Shown here in pieces: positions 12,333 through 22,923 of a stretch of 64,000 bases of DNA. The notes beneath the pieces are model-generated. The model searched no databases. It was given only the letters and a program-made list of their open reading frames with translations, and had not been told where the DNA came from. Every line of letters begins with the position of its first letter. The stretch's first letter is position 1. The translations under genes were made by a program, and so were the position numbers. The stretch lies in the sequence record MN871441.1, one strand, 5' to 3'.

Positions 12333-13401
12333 TATCTCTTACCTCCATACGAACCGAAGAAGAATTCACCAGAATCAGGATTACCCAAATCTGATGTAAG
12401 AGCTTCCCAGTAATCGCGATAAACCGGACGAAGTTCTGTAACAGTTATTTCTAGATCTATTGCGACGGAATCCGCAGCCGTTGACGCGAATGTATCATAT
12501 ATTTGGTCTGGGGTTTTGTTGATCCGGATATTACTAATACCGGCTGGACCCATTGCGAATTTAGGTGTAAATCTAATCTTCTGTTCTTGACTTTGACTTA
12601 CCCTTTCTTCTATAAACCACAAAGGGGGTACTTCGAGATAAGTATACCCTTCACCCGCACCAAGTTCTGAATCCGTACCAATTCCAAGAGAAGCAAGATC
12701 TACAGCCCCTTTGTTTTCGGCAGCACTAAGAACCATAAAAGTTTTAATTATTTGTCCAACCTCTTTTAATTCTGCCATAGACCTCGGTCGGAATTGAAAT
12801 ATAAATGTTTGGGAACGTACACCAGTACCACGATACATTTGGGCGGCTCGATCACCAAGCAAATTACCAGTTACCTGAGAATTATATCGCTGTGCAATAC
12901 NANCNGNANAGACGNNNANNNTTTNNNCNNTNNNNTNNCCNNNANCACGANCTCCNTNGNANNTTCNTGGNNATNANTNTTNTNANGNNCGGTNNCATTT
13001 GCNTGNTAATTCANANCTATATCTTGTAGAAAACCTNNATCATNGTNNNNNTANTTATGGNTGNNANTNNCNTTCATGNTTGGNATNNNTANTNNAATAN
13101 CNNNNANANNNNGTTNNTTANANTTCCCTTTGACNNNNCGNATANNANGNTCATGGATATCNCTNTNNNTTAAGCNNNCANTGAGTNGGNTNAACAGCGT
13201 ANNACCANNAGNTNNGNNNANNNCATTGANNATCANTANCTTTCATNNTTAANNNNNACTGTNNNNNNCTTGTATNNNGGGGNTTTTAGAGTTTTTATTT
13301 TCAATGATTAAATCTGTACCTTCCGATTTAACATCTGTTAAGGGGTTGAAATTTCCGCCACTAGTCCCCATATTAGCAGCTTTCAGAATATTAACTTTCA
13401 T
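12332..13401 (-). CDS. 48: Baseplate tail-tube cap gp48 (N-terminal half N-rich and frameshifted)
   Basis: C-terminal QMYRG...R...F.FQFRPRS..E...II..F motif; ATG at 13401 downstream of a late promoter. Confidence 0.8.
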
Positions 13402-13425
13402 TTTAAACCTCACATTGTTTACTTT

Positions 13426-13447
13426 TATTTAGGGTTTGCCCTAAATA
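13426..13447. promoter_or_regulatory. Back-to-back late promoters for genes 48 and 4
   Basis: TATTTAGGG-tttg-CCCTAAATA palindrome gives CTAAATA on both strands at the divergence point. Confidence 0.75.
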
Positions 13448-13469
13448 CTTTCATATAGGAGAAATTATT

Positions 13470-13940
13470 ATGGCAGGAAACAAAACATATAAGGGTCAAT
13501 ACTTCGTTAAAAATCGTGAGAAATATCGCGGAGACCCGAAGAAAGTTACATATCGTAGTTCATGGGAAAAGTATATAATGGAGATGCTGGATAATAGTCC
13601 GGATGTACGATATTGGAATTCCGAGGAAACTATTATACCCTACCGGTCGGAAGCTGACGGGAAAAAACATAGATATTTTATGGATATGACGGTATGGTAT
13701 ACAGATGGTAGTGTTGCTTTATTCGAGGTTAAACCCAAAAAGGAATGTTACCCGCCAGTTCCACCAAAGAGAAATACACTAAAAGCAAAACAAACATACA
13801 TTGACCAACAGATGACCTACATAACCAACATAAGCAAGTGGAAAGCCGCCGCTGCTTTGTGTAAGAAAAAAGGTTGGAGATTTGTCATCATCACAGAAGA
13901 TTCACTAAAAGCATTGGGATTCAAGGGGCTTAACAAATGA
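13470..13940 (+). CDS. 4: Head completion nuclease gp4
   Basis: YKG....N.EKYRGD...YRSSWE, WNSEETIIPY, FEVKPKKE and KW.AA motifs (TnsA-like fold). Confidence 0.95.
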   Translation: MAGNKTYKGQYFVKNREKYRGDPKKVTYRSSWEKYIMEMLDNSPDVRYWNSEETIIPYRSEADGKKHRYFMDMTVWYTDGSVALFEVKPKKECYPPVPPKRNTLKAKQTYIDQQMTYITNISKWKAAAALCKKKGWRFVIITEDSLKALGFKGLNK

Positions 13941-14716
13941 GCGGAATTTTAACAATAATCGACGAATTCAAAAAAGGAAACCAGTATATGGTTTCTTGTG
14001 TTTGTTCCGTATGTTCGGAAGATAAAGAAATGTACCCAGAACCATTTGTTATCCGGAAAAGTCACTTTAAGAATGGGATTATTCCATGTGGTTGTTCTAA
14101 CAAACCAAAGATTTCAGCCAGACAAGCTTCTATCAGAGTTAAGAGAATCCTAAAGAATAATGGATATGGTTACCTTGGATTTTNNNNANNNNNNNANANG
14201 NNNANNTTNTNANANNNTNNNNTNNNCANNTNNNNANNATNGNNTTNNNGNNNGNANNNNTNNNANNNTNNNNCANNNNNNNNNGNNNNNTNGNCNTGGT
14301 NGNTCANAACNNNATNNTNANNNNANCANNCNANCGNNGANNNNNNNANNNNNNANNAANNNNNNNNTGNNANNTTNTNNNNTANNNNGNTGNNTNNNNG
14401 NTNNNNNTNAANNNNNTNNAANNNNNNTNTNNANNNNNNNNANANNANNNTNGTGGGNTNTTNANATANNTTNNTANNNNNNCATTNNTNNNTATNNNNN
14501 NNNNTNNCNNAANTNNNNNGGNANANTCNNNTNTTNNNNNNANNNNNCANNNNNNANNGGNNNNNNANANNTGTNNNTNTANCGGGTTNCTTAGAGTTTN
14601 TATNNNCTATAATNATGAATGNGGNNNNNNCNNANTANANNNTNNGNNANTNGNTTNNNANTNNNANCAATNGTCNNGTGNTAACNNNNNTNNNNNTAAN
14701 NAACTTTCNTTNNTAA
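13937..14716 (+). mobile_element. Putative free-standing homing endonuclease (mostly Ns; may extend to ~15090)
   Basis: C..CSED.E...F.......G..PCGCS N-terminus is typical of phage homing endonucleases; inserted between core genes 4 and 2. Confidence 0.55.
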
Positions 14717-15103
14717 AGNNTCAATGTTGTTCTANTTGNATTTANNNGCANANNNTATAATAANANNNNTNNNNGCAATTTNTATATNNNCGNANATAAT
14801 ACATANNNNGGNNAANACCCNNTNTANANANTNGAGANANNTNTAANNGANANCCNNNNANNNNNANCTACNGNACNTATNNTNGGAANAGCTGATTNTA
14901 NTGNAGNTAGGGAATTGGNTNNTGAATCCAGNNNTNAGANATNGGAANANCNNANNNATGGTCATNNNGNANTNTATCNANNNCANNTGGAANGAAACGA
15001 CGNTATTNTATGGATNNGTNGATNNNNTGGTNNNACNGANNCTNTTNNTCTNTNNNATNGNNAANNNTAANNAGANAATTGNTTATGTCAAAGGACTTAC
15101 TAA

Positions 15104-16103
15104 ATGATATTCGAAATAACGGAACGTGCAGAGTCCACAACAGAAAAACGCAATAGAAAACAATGGATTGATGTTGGTGTTGATTATATGAACGCCAAGA
15201 AAAAGAACCCAAGTCTTACTGCAAAGAAATATGCAGAGGAAAAAGGGTTGAATTATGAAACATTCAGTAGAGCTATGCGCAGACACAGAGAAGAAATAAA
15301 GACTTATTATTCTCTGATAAACCCAAACAAGAATAAACAACAATGGATTGAGCTTGGTGTTGATTATTTGACACAAAAAGAAAAGAGTAGCATTACTCTA
15401 AAAAATTATATTGAAGGACGTGGACTTAATAAAGAAACCACGGAGCGGGCATTCAGAAGATTCAAGCAAGATATTCTACTGGCTAAGAAGTTAAAAGATG
15501 CGCAAGTAAGCGGAAGAAAACTATCTAAAGCCGAAAAATATCAGATGTTGTTGGCTGACTTTAGAAATAAAGTAAGACAACACGAAAAAGAGCCTGTAAA
15601 GTCTCAGAAGAAGTCGAACGGAATGGTTTAACAATTTCATAAAGAAAAACGTTCGTGGTCACCAAGTAACAAGACCAATTGCTGGTCGATTGTATACTTT
15701 CGCATATGACGCAAAACATAAGGCAACACTACCATACTGGGATAAATTCCCCCTGATCGTATATCTTGGCCTNAGTGCAAANCACAAAGGTTTGATGTTG
15801 GGTCTCAACCTTCACTATATCCCGATCAAAGCCCGTAAAGAATTTATGGAAGAGTTGCTGAAACATGCAACCACAGAGAGGATTACCAACCGTACATCCC
15901 TAAATATCAACTGGGGTAAGGTTAAGGGAATGAGAGGTGCAGACCATATGATCAAAGCGTATTTGCCGGGTCATATTAAGGGTCCATTAATGGAGATTAA
16001 ACCGCAGGATTGGAGTTCTGTCATTAATCTACCGACTCAACGGTTTGTATCTGGTGTTCCTCCGAAGACCTATAATACGAATTCCGTTTGGAGATCATAC
16101 TAA
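15104..16103 (+). CDS. 2: DNA end protector gp2 (apparent +1 frameshift near 15620)
   Basis: [21 protein letters not shown] and LNLHYIP.KAR in the 3' part; the frames join at KS/EWFNNF. Confidence 0.88.
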
Positions 16104-17044
16104 TGAACTTAATACCACCTATTCCAACCATAGATAGTATGATAGATAGTACTATCGGGTTTGGTGAAGATTTATTAAACGATGGTGGGGATGCAAGCGA
16201 GATCCCCGATCTAACTAGGTTTATGCGGAAAGTTGAGAATACCGATTTGGCTAGACCAAACATGTTTATTGTAAGGTTCGGAGATTTCCGAACCTCTATA
16301 TTCAGTGATGGTGTTTTTGATAGGGATTTACCNATATTTCCNGANTCAAGNAGCGGGATGGACGTCAATGATAGTCTTTTCTCTGGTACAAGTTATGCTT
16401 GGCATAGAGTTCAGGACATTGCTTTGGGACAAGCACACAAAATCCTCACGCCTAGCATGAAGAAGATTTTTGGTGCTTGGGACCCGTCCTTGATCCGGAT
16501 CATACCGGGAGCAGGAGAGATCCTTGATGGATTTTTGGGAACTGATTACGATGTAAACAGAGATCTAGCATTAATGGTAAAGAGTGTCGGTCTTCCTAGT
16601 TCTACTTTGGAAACGACAATCAACCGTACAGACAAACTACCTAGACACGAAGTTAGAGGTAGAAACTACGGAACCATGAGTATGACGTTTTACTGTTCCC
16701 CTTCTTACGAGGAACGTTCTTTGATGCTAACATGGCAGAATACAATTGTCAACCCAAGAAATGGACAATTTGGATTTTATAATACGTATGCAAAGGATAT
16801 TGACGTCATCACGTTAGACCGTCATGGAGTTAAGCAATCCACTGTACATAATACAGGGTGCTTTCCCATAGAGGTAGGTGAAGTTCAACTAGATTTTGAG
16901 AACAATTCTCAGGTAGCAACCTTTACCGTCACATTCGCTGTATCAACCACAGTGCATGTTCCTACTAAGGGTGAAGAGAACACCATCGACTCTATAGAGA
17001 GTATCATAAGACGTACTACAGGCGTTGTGAAAGCCATTCGTTAA
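16103..17044 (+). CDS. 54: Baseplate tail-tube initiator gp54
   Basis: DLARPNMF and LMVKSVGLP...L motifs; gp19-like C-terminus. Confidence 0.88.
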   Translation: MNLIPPIPTIDSMIDSTIGFGEDLLNDGGDASEIPDLTRFMRKVENTDLARPNMFIVRFGDFRTSIFSDGVFDRDLXIFXXSXSGMDVNDSLFSGTSYAWHRVQDIALGQAHKILTPSMKKIFGAWDPSLIRIIPGAGEILDGFLGTDYDVNRDLALMVKSVGLPSSTLETTINRTDKLPRHEVRGRNYGTMSMTFYCSPSYEERSLMLTWQNTIVNPRNGQFGFYNTYAKDIDVITLDRHGVKQSTVHNTGCFPIEVGEVQLDFENNSQVATFTVTFAVSTTVHVPTKGEENTIDSIESIIRRTTGVVKAIR

Positions 17045-17048
17045 TACT

Positions 17049-17073
17049 AAGCCATCCTACGGGGTGGCTTTTT
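17049..17073 (+). terminator. Intrinsic terminator after gene 54
   Basis: AAGCCATCC-tac-GGGGTGGCTT followed by a T run. Confidence 0.75.
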
Positions 17074-17088
17074 CATATCTACAGATCT

Positions 17089-17184
17089 CGAACGTAGTGA
17101 GACGGCGTAGCCGCCTGTTCGCTTCGCTCACCTTTCTAATTATAGATTTTCTATATAAATACTTATAGAGACTTTATAGTTTGA
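17089..17184. repeat. Bipartite GC-hairpin plus 50-bp palindrome element, copy 1
   Basis: Shared with 47331-47424; 21-nt arms around TAAATACT. Confidence 0.85.
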
Positions 17185-17273
17185 TTGCAAGTGAAACTAT
17201 CTAAGATTAAGTCTTGAAGAACATCATGTTACAATGTACTAAATAAGTATAGATCTATAAGGGATTTTTAACT

Positions 17274-18059
17274 ATGACAAACAAAACCACGATTGACAAG
17301 AGTGTACTTCTTGCTGCTATGCAGAAAAACGTACAGCAGACCAATGTGACTTTATCAGATGGTAGAAAGATCAAGGTTCGTGCTTTCTTGATGAAAGAAA
17401 TGAAACTGTTGATGTTAGCTAATGAAGCCAATACTGGAATCGATGATGCAATCATCCAAATCGTAAAAAACTGTATCCTAACTGATAATGTTGATGTAGA
17501 CCTTTTACCTGTGTTTGACTTGGAAGCAGTTTATCTAGCTTTGTATAAGTTATCAAAAGCAAGTCCAACTGTCCCGGTTATGTTTACTTGTGCCAACGAA
17601 ATTCTCGATGAAGATGGTAATGTTCAATATGACCAATATGGTGAAATTATTCGTTGTGGCTCTGATATCAAAGTAAACGTAAACTTGAATAACGCTAAAT
17701 TGTCGGATGCACCAGATAACAAAATTGTTCTGAATGAGAACATGACAGTTTATATGAGATATCCTAATATCAGCGAGGTTGAATATTTCAACGTAGAAGT
17801 TGAGTCCGACTTGTTTAACTTAATCAATCGCTGTATTGACGAAGTTCATATGGGAGATCAGGTTGTTAAGGTTGGTGTTGATATTCCGTATGAGGATATT
17901 TCTGAAATTATGGAATACGCCGATTCAGTTGCTTTGACAAAAATGGGTAAATTTGTAACATCCCTCCCCCAACATACTCTAAATATACCTGTAAAGTGTA
18001 AAAAATGTGGACACCAAGAAATTGTTACACTTAAAGGGGTAGAAAGTTTTTTCGCATAA
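17274..18059 (+). CDS. 26: Baseplate hub assembly chaperone gp26
   Basis: KVRAFLMKEMKLL, MRYPN and C-terminal CKKCGH....LKGVESFF. Confidence 0.9.
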   Translation: MTNKTTIDKSVLLAAMQKNVQQTNVTLSDGRKIKVRAFLMKEMKLLMLANEANTGIDDAIIQIVKNCILTDNVDVDLLPVFDLEAVYLALYKLSKASPTVPVMFTCANEILDEDGNVQYDQYGEIIRCGSDIKVNVNLNNAKLSDAPDNKIVLNENMTVYMRYPNISEVEYFNVEVESDLFNLINRCIDEVHMGDQVVKVGVDIPYEDISEIMEYADSVALTKMGKFVTSLPQHTLNIPVKCKKCGHQEIVTLKGVESFFA

Positions 18060-18223
18060 CGCTTGTTAACCATACCATATACGATCATTTTAATACGGTA
18101 TATAAGCTTAGAAAAGATGGATGGAGCCATTCGGACCTTGAGGATATGACCCCCTTTGAATTTGGTGTTTATGTTCACCTCTACCTAAACGATCTTAAAG
18201 AACAGGCGAGAGAAAAGGACTAA
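18047..18223 (+). CDS. 51: gp51-type C-terminal domain without its own start codon (probable -1 frameshift extension of gp26)
   Basis: -1 frame reads FFRITLVNHTIYDHFNTVYKLRKDGWSHSDLEDMTPFEFGVYVHLYLNDLKEQAREKD*; resembles the short gp51 family. Confidence 0.75.
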   Translation, partial: FFRITLVNHTIYDHFNTVYKLRKDGWSHSDLEDMTPFEFGVYVHLYLNDLKEQAREKD

Positions 18224-20094
18224 GTGATGATTGACAAGCAGAAACAGAACGAACTTGATAAATCGGTTCGAGATGTCACGGATGCTATGGATATTGTTTC
18301 TGATTCGATGCTTAAGTTGGACGACAAGACAGAAAAGTTGTCCAACTCAACAAAAGACCTTACCGCGTCTTATGATATTACATCTGATTCCAGTCTGGAA
18401 GTCGCACAAGAACAAGAAAAATTAGCGAACCAGATAAAAGGTGCCAGAAAGGATAATAAGCGTAGTAATAAGGTTGAAAACGAATTAGTTTCAGCTAGAC
18501 GAAAGCAACTGGAAGACATTTTAAATAATAAACAACCCCTAGTGGATTATAGCCAAGGTGTAAAAAGTCAGAACCCAGAACAGGGGGAAACTGCCAAACC
18601 TATGCAGGAGGACACTAGGGAGACTTTGAAAGAATTTATACAACGCGAAGTTGGTGATCGTCGTGAATTTGTGGAAAATTTCAAAGAAGAAAATCAAAAA
18701 ACTGGTAAATTTGTTCGAGAGATAGCAAAAAAAGCTAATATAGTTGACCGAATGAAGAAATCAGAAACATCAGCAACAGCGAAAATACTTGGTCATACTA
18801 TGTCCGCTGGTATCGGTATGGTTACTGGAACCATAAACGATTTGTTATCAACTATTCCCGGTTATAATCAGGCCGCTAATGCAACGAAGTTTGTTGGTGG
18901 GTCTATTATCGATGCACATAACGCACGTAAGGAAAAGAAATTAGATGCAAAAGCGAATGCGGCTTATGAAGAGAAGAAGGCTGATGCTACTTCTAGATTC
19001 CAAGCAGATCCCACAAAACAAACCNGAAGACAAAGTAAAAACAGATAGAAATAACCAAGANCAAAAGAAAGAAAGACAAGAAAATGGAAGAGAACGAGAG
19101 AACAACGAAAAGCGTCATAAAAGCTTAATCGATGTTCTTAAAGGTATCCAGATGTCCATGTTGATCGGTAAACTTGATTGGTGGTGTTGGNTTTGTTCTT
19201 AGTGGNCTTGTTTCTGGTATCAGTGTTCTATCTGGTGCGGTTCTTGGTTTGGCNCCTATGATTGCGGGTGCCCTATCTGCTGCTGTTGGTGGTTTAATTG
19301 CTAAGTTTTCGGGGTTGTTTGATAAGATACCGGGATTGGGAAGTAAGACCCCTACACCATCGTCTGGCTCTGGTGGTGTTAATCCAAACGATGTGTCTAA
19401 GGATCCTAAGAAGTCTCCGAAAACTACACAACCGGATGGAAAGAAGCCACCTACACCAGAACCAAGACCGGGGCAACCAGCAAAAATTGAGACACCTAAA
19501 ACAAAGACACCTACCCCTAAAGGGAAGGCTGGTATTTTGTCAAGGGCTGCTGATCTTGGTAAAAAGGGTTGGTCTGTTGCTACCGATGCTGCAAAATCAG
19601 CCTCAAAATTTATACCAAAAAGCGCATTAACTGGTGCTGGTATGGCGGTACGTGTCGCCGGTAGAGCAATTCCTTTTGTTGGTGCTGGCTTGATGGCTTA
19701 TGAGTTGTATAACTTCGCCAAAGAGAATCCAGATCTGTTGGATAAGGGTGTTGATGCTGCGAAGGGTGCTTGGGAAAGTCTTACCGGGTCATTGTTTGGA
19801 AAAGCTAATGCTAGTGAAGCTCAACCGGAATCTAAATTAGGGAATGAAATTAAGGCGGGTGAAAATGAGCCTGTATTTAAAACCCTTGAGAAAAGAAACC
19901 AAGAGGTTGAAGAATTCCGAGCTAAACAACAACGTGAAAAGGAAGAACGAGATGCACGACGTCAAGAAGGTGCGTTAATGGCTGCTGTAAATAATACCAC
20001 ATATAATAGTATGAATTCCGTTCTACCGTCTGGTTTTGGTGAATTTAGACCAGACCAACCACAATATTCATATGGGGTTCAACCGTCAACATGA
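18224..20094 (+). CDS. 29: Tape measure / hub protein gp29-like (frameshifts at Ns near 19030-19190)
   Basis: About 620 aa, helical, Lys/Pro-rich, with GRAIPFVGAGL glycine-zipper segments; lies after 26/51. Confidence 0.65.
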
Positions 20095-20654
20095 TACATA
20101 ATCAAGCACACATAACAAACATGCGTCTGGAAATCCCAGACGCAAACACAACCGCCAACTTTGTAACATCAGCTCAATCTGTTGTTCTTCCAACTATGGA
20201 AATGGATATAACAAGGGTTTCGATAAATCAGATGACGTCCGGACTTATGCCGGGTTCGAAGATCATTTACGAACCATTTAGGATTAGATTTTTGATTGAT
20301 GAAAATTTCGAATCTTATAAAGAGTTGTATCAATGGATGATCTCTGTTACTGATAGTAGAACTTTCAATTCCACCGCCCATCTACCGGGTGCTAGACCTA
20401 GATCTATTTTGGTTCATATTCTGGATAACTCAAAAAAGAATATAGTATTGACTTTCAAGTTTCATGACCCATTCCCGAGTTCATTGGACGATATAGAATT
20501 GTCCTATGTTGATGACGGAAACCCAGCCCTTATAGGTAATGTAACATTTAGTTACTCATCTATGAGTGTTGTTGGTGTAAACGATTTGGAAATCCTACCA
20601 AAACAAAACCCGGTCGGTATCGGTGCAGGACACCCATTCCAAAGTAAAATCTAA
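20091..20654 (+). CDS. 3: Tail completion / sheath stabilizer gp3
   Basis: PGSKIIYEPF...FLIDENFESYKELYQWM and ILDNSKK...F.F..PFP..L motifs. Confidence 0.92.
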   Translation: MIHNQAHITNMRLEIPDANTTANFVTSAQSVVLPTMEMDITRVSINQMTSGLMPGSKIIYEPFRIRFLIDENFESYKELYQWMISVTDSRTFNSTAHLPGARPRSILVHILDNSKKNIVLTFKFHDPFPSSLDDIELSYVDDGNPALIGNVTFSYSSMSVVGVNDLEILPKQNPVGIGAGHPFQSKI

Positions 20655-20700
20655 AGGTTCTTCGTCTTGAGGTATAATAAACAAAAAGATGAGGTACTAT

Positions 20701-21432
20701 ATGATATACGCTATTTCTGGTTTGAAACGGACGGGTAAAGACACAGCCTCGAAGTTCATCCAAGAACTTACTGGGGCTGTTCCATATGCTTTAGCTCACC
20801 CAATTAAAAAATCCATCCATAATGGATTACAACGTATTCAGAAAACAAAAGATATCAGCTTTGCTGATGTTAATGGAGAAACTGAATATGACCGAGAGCA
20901 AGATTTGGGCTTGACTACTTTAGAATTAAAGAGTCTTCTGAATAATGCTATAATGTTCTGCCATAGACACAACAATTTCACATTCGGTGAAATGCATACC
21001 CTTTTTAATTCCGTCTCCGAATTTAGGTCCAGTGACAAAATGACCATAAAGGATATGCTATGTGTTGGTTTTGCTGAATTCTTTGGTAATAAGAAAAAAG
21101 CAGCAGAAATCGAAAATAAATATAAATGGTCTATTCGTAGACTGATGCAAGTTCTTGGTACGGATCTAGTTGTCAATGTAAGACGTGATTATTGGTTAGA
21201 GTGTATCCCGGATGATGGGAAAGACATCATTATAACCGATGTAAGACAGGCTCACGAAATGCAATTTTGTCGTGATAATGGTGCTAAAGTAATCTTTATT
21301 TGTAAGACTGGAATCGTATCAACCGATTCACATATCACCGAGCGTGGTTTAGAACCATCAGCAAGTGATATTATAGTTTTTAATGATGGTACATTAGAAG
21401 CTCTTAAGAAAAATATCAAATCAATTGTTTAA
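20701..21432 (+). CDS. 1: dNMP kinase gp1
   Basis: SGLKRTGKDT P-loop; RRLMQVLGTD; IITDVR..HE. Confidence 0.95.
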   Translation: MIYAISGLKRTGKDTASKFIQELTGAVPYALAHPIKKSIHNGLQRIQKTKDISFADVNGETEYDREQDLGLTTLELKSLLNNAIMFCHRHNNFTFGEMHTLFNSVSEFRSSDKMTIKDMLCVGFAEFFGNKKKAAEIENKYKWSIRRLMQVLGTDLVVNVRRDYWLECIPDDGKDIIITDVRQAHEMQFCRDNGAKVIFICKTGIVSTDSHITERGLEPSASDIIVFNDGTLEALKKNIKSIV

Positions 21433-21445
21433 TAGGAAAAATAAA

Positions 21446-21670
21446 ATGCAAGAACAAATTCAAAAACTGTCTAGTGACATCATCGTACTGAAAGCCCGTA
21501 TTTTTGATATGAGTGAAGAATCAGTAGCAATTAGTCAACAAAATGCTAAAATCTTTAGTATGCTTGCGGAAGCACTCGAACTAGACAAAGAAGAATCTTC
21601 TGACATTCAGTTCTATCTGAATAAAATCAATCACCTGAAACAAAATCAGGTTGAAGTTGTAAAAGAATAA
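21446..21670 (+). CDS. 57A: Tail fibre chaperone gp57A
   Basis: IIVLKARIFD motif; directly after gene 1. Confidence 0.85.
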   Translation: MQEQIQKLSSDIIVLKARIFDMSEESVAISQQNAKIFSMLAEALELDKEESSDIQFYLNKINHLKQNQVEVVKE

Positions 21671-21677
21671 TGTTATA

Positions 21678-21703
21678 AAGGGGTTGCTTAATAGCAACCC
21701 CTT
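21678..21703 (+). terminator. Intrinsic terminator
   Basis: AAGGGGTTGCT-taat-AGCAACCCCTT hairpin. Confidence 0.8.
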
Positions 21704-21724
21704 TATTTTATGGAAGATATTCAA

Positions 21725-21865
21725 ATGGATGACTACTTTGATTTTGATCTAGAACGGATGCGAATCGCAGTTGAAGGAGATACAATCTATAAACCAGAAG
21801 GTATGACCGTGCGGGAGTGGTTGGATTGGTTAAAAACAGTTGACAACGAAAACAAAGAGATGTAA
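21725..21865 (+). CDS. Small hypothetical protein (46 aa)
   Basis: MDDYFDFDLERMRIAVEG...; GGAAG RBS. Confidence 0.6.
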   Translation: MDDYFDFDLERMRIAVEGDTIYKPEGMTVREWLDWLKTVDNENKEM

Positions 21866-21909
21866 CCTATAGTTGTTGCCTAAATACTGTTTTATAAAGG
21901 AATGATTTT

Positions 21910-22923
21910 ATGTCTAAGATGTTTAATGAGCTGTTTGAATCTATGACTCAAGCAGTCGCGATGAAGGCTCTTGGTTTGACTGGTAAGTTTACTGATGACC
22001 AACTAAAGGCTGCATATCGCAAGGCAGCAAAGGATAACCACCCAGACCGTGGTGGTTCCACCGAAAAAATGCAGGCAGTAAACCAAGCTTACGAAGAACT
22101 GAAAAAATCCGGTTCTCCTGCAACCCAAGAAGCTACATGGGCACAGAGAAAACAGAAACAGGAAGAAGAGAAACACGTTGTAACTAACTTCGTGACCCAT
22201 ATGTTTGACAAGTTTTTTGATACTCAGGCTTATCTCGACTACTTCCAAAAGATGAGCGGTAAAAAGTTCACATTTGAACGTAAAATTACCGTTGGTACTT
22301 GGGGAACTTCTTCTGTCGATTATAAATTTACGTCGGAAGACCGTACAGTTTTCTTTGATCTGAATGCAATGGCTCATGTGTTTATCACCAAAGCTCTGGG
22401 TGCAGGTATTGATAAACCTGAGTTGGATAAGATGGGTGTTTTCACTGAGGTTCTGATTGACCGTAAAAAAGTAAAAATGACCCAAAGCAATTACAACCAA
22501 TCCGAAACTGAAAAGTTTATGAAGGATCCGAAAATCCTTTTCCCAGAAACCAAGCTAAAGAAAGCTTTTTCTGGTGATAAAAAGGTTAAACCGCTCAAGA
22601 AAGCCGATTATGTTCTTTTCGTCAAAAAAGAACTTGAAGGAAAACATTTGGGCGGTGATGATTTCGCAGTTGACATTGGTAACGGTTCCGTGATTTATTT
22701 TTCTCGTATGACATGGATGCGAAAGGGTGTATGGAATATCAGTGGTCGTACAGGAACAAAAGAACGTTGGTCTGTAACTACTCCGTTCTATGAAACTGAA
22801 ACACCGGAAAACATGGATGTGATGAAAGAACTTGTACAGACTATGAAATCTCATAGTTCTTCTGGTGGTGCTCAGATGGAAGCTCTTGTCAAGAAATTTA
22901 TGTTGAAAGCTAACAAAGTTTAA
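21910..22923 (+). CDS. J-domain (DnaJ-type) protein
   Basis: LKAAYRKAAKDNHPDRGGSTEKMQAVNQAYEEL with the HPD motif; CTAAATA late promoter at 21880. Confidence 0.9.
   Translation: MSKMFNELFESMTQAVAMKALGLTGKFTDDQLKAAYRKAAKDNHPDRGGSTEKMQAVNQAYEELKKSGSPATQEATWAQRKQKQEEEKHVVTNFVTHMFDKFFDTQAYLDYFQKMSGKKFTFERKITVGTWGTSSVDYKFTSEDRTVFFDLNAMAHVFITKALGAGIDKPELDKMGVFTEVLIDRKKVKMTQSNYNQSETEKFMKDPKILFPETKLKKAFSGDKKVKPLKKADYVLFVKKELEGKHLGGDDFAVDIGNGSVIYFSRMTWMRKGVWNISGRTGTKERWSVTTPFYETETPENMDVMKELVQTMKSHSSSGGAQMEALVKKFMLKANKV

Noticed and set aside
15600-15640. Frameshift splitting gene 2
   Set aside because: No slippery heptamer, and one extra base restores KS-T-EWF; probable consensus error
19020-19200. 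Frameshifts in the tape-measure gene
   Set aside because: They coincide with Ns and A-rich low-complexity sequence
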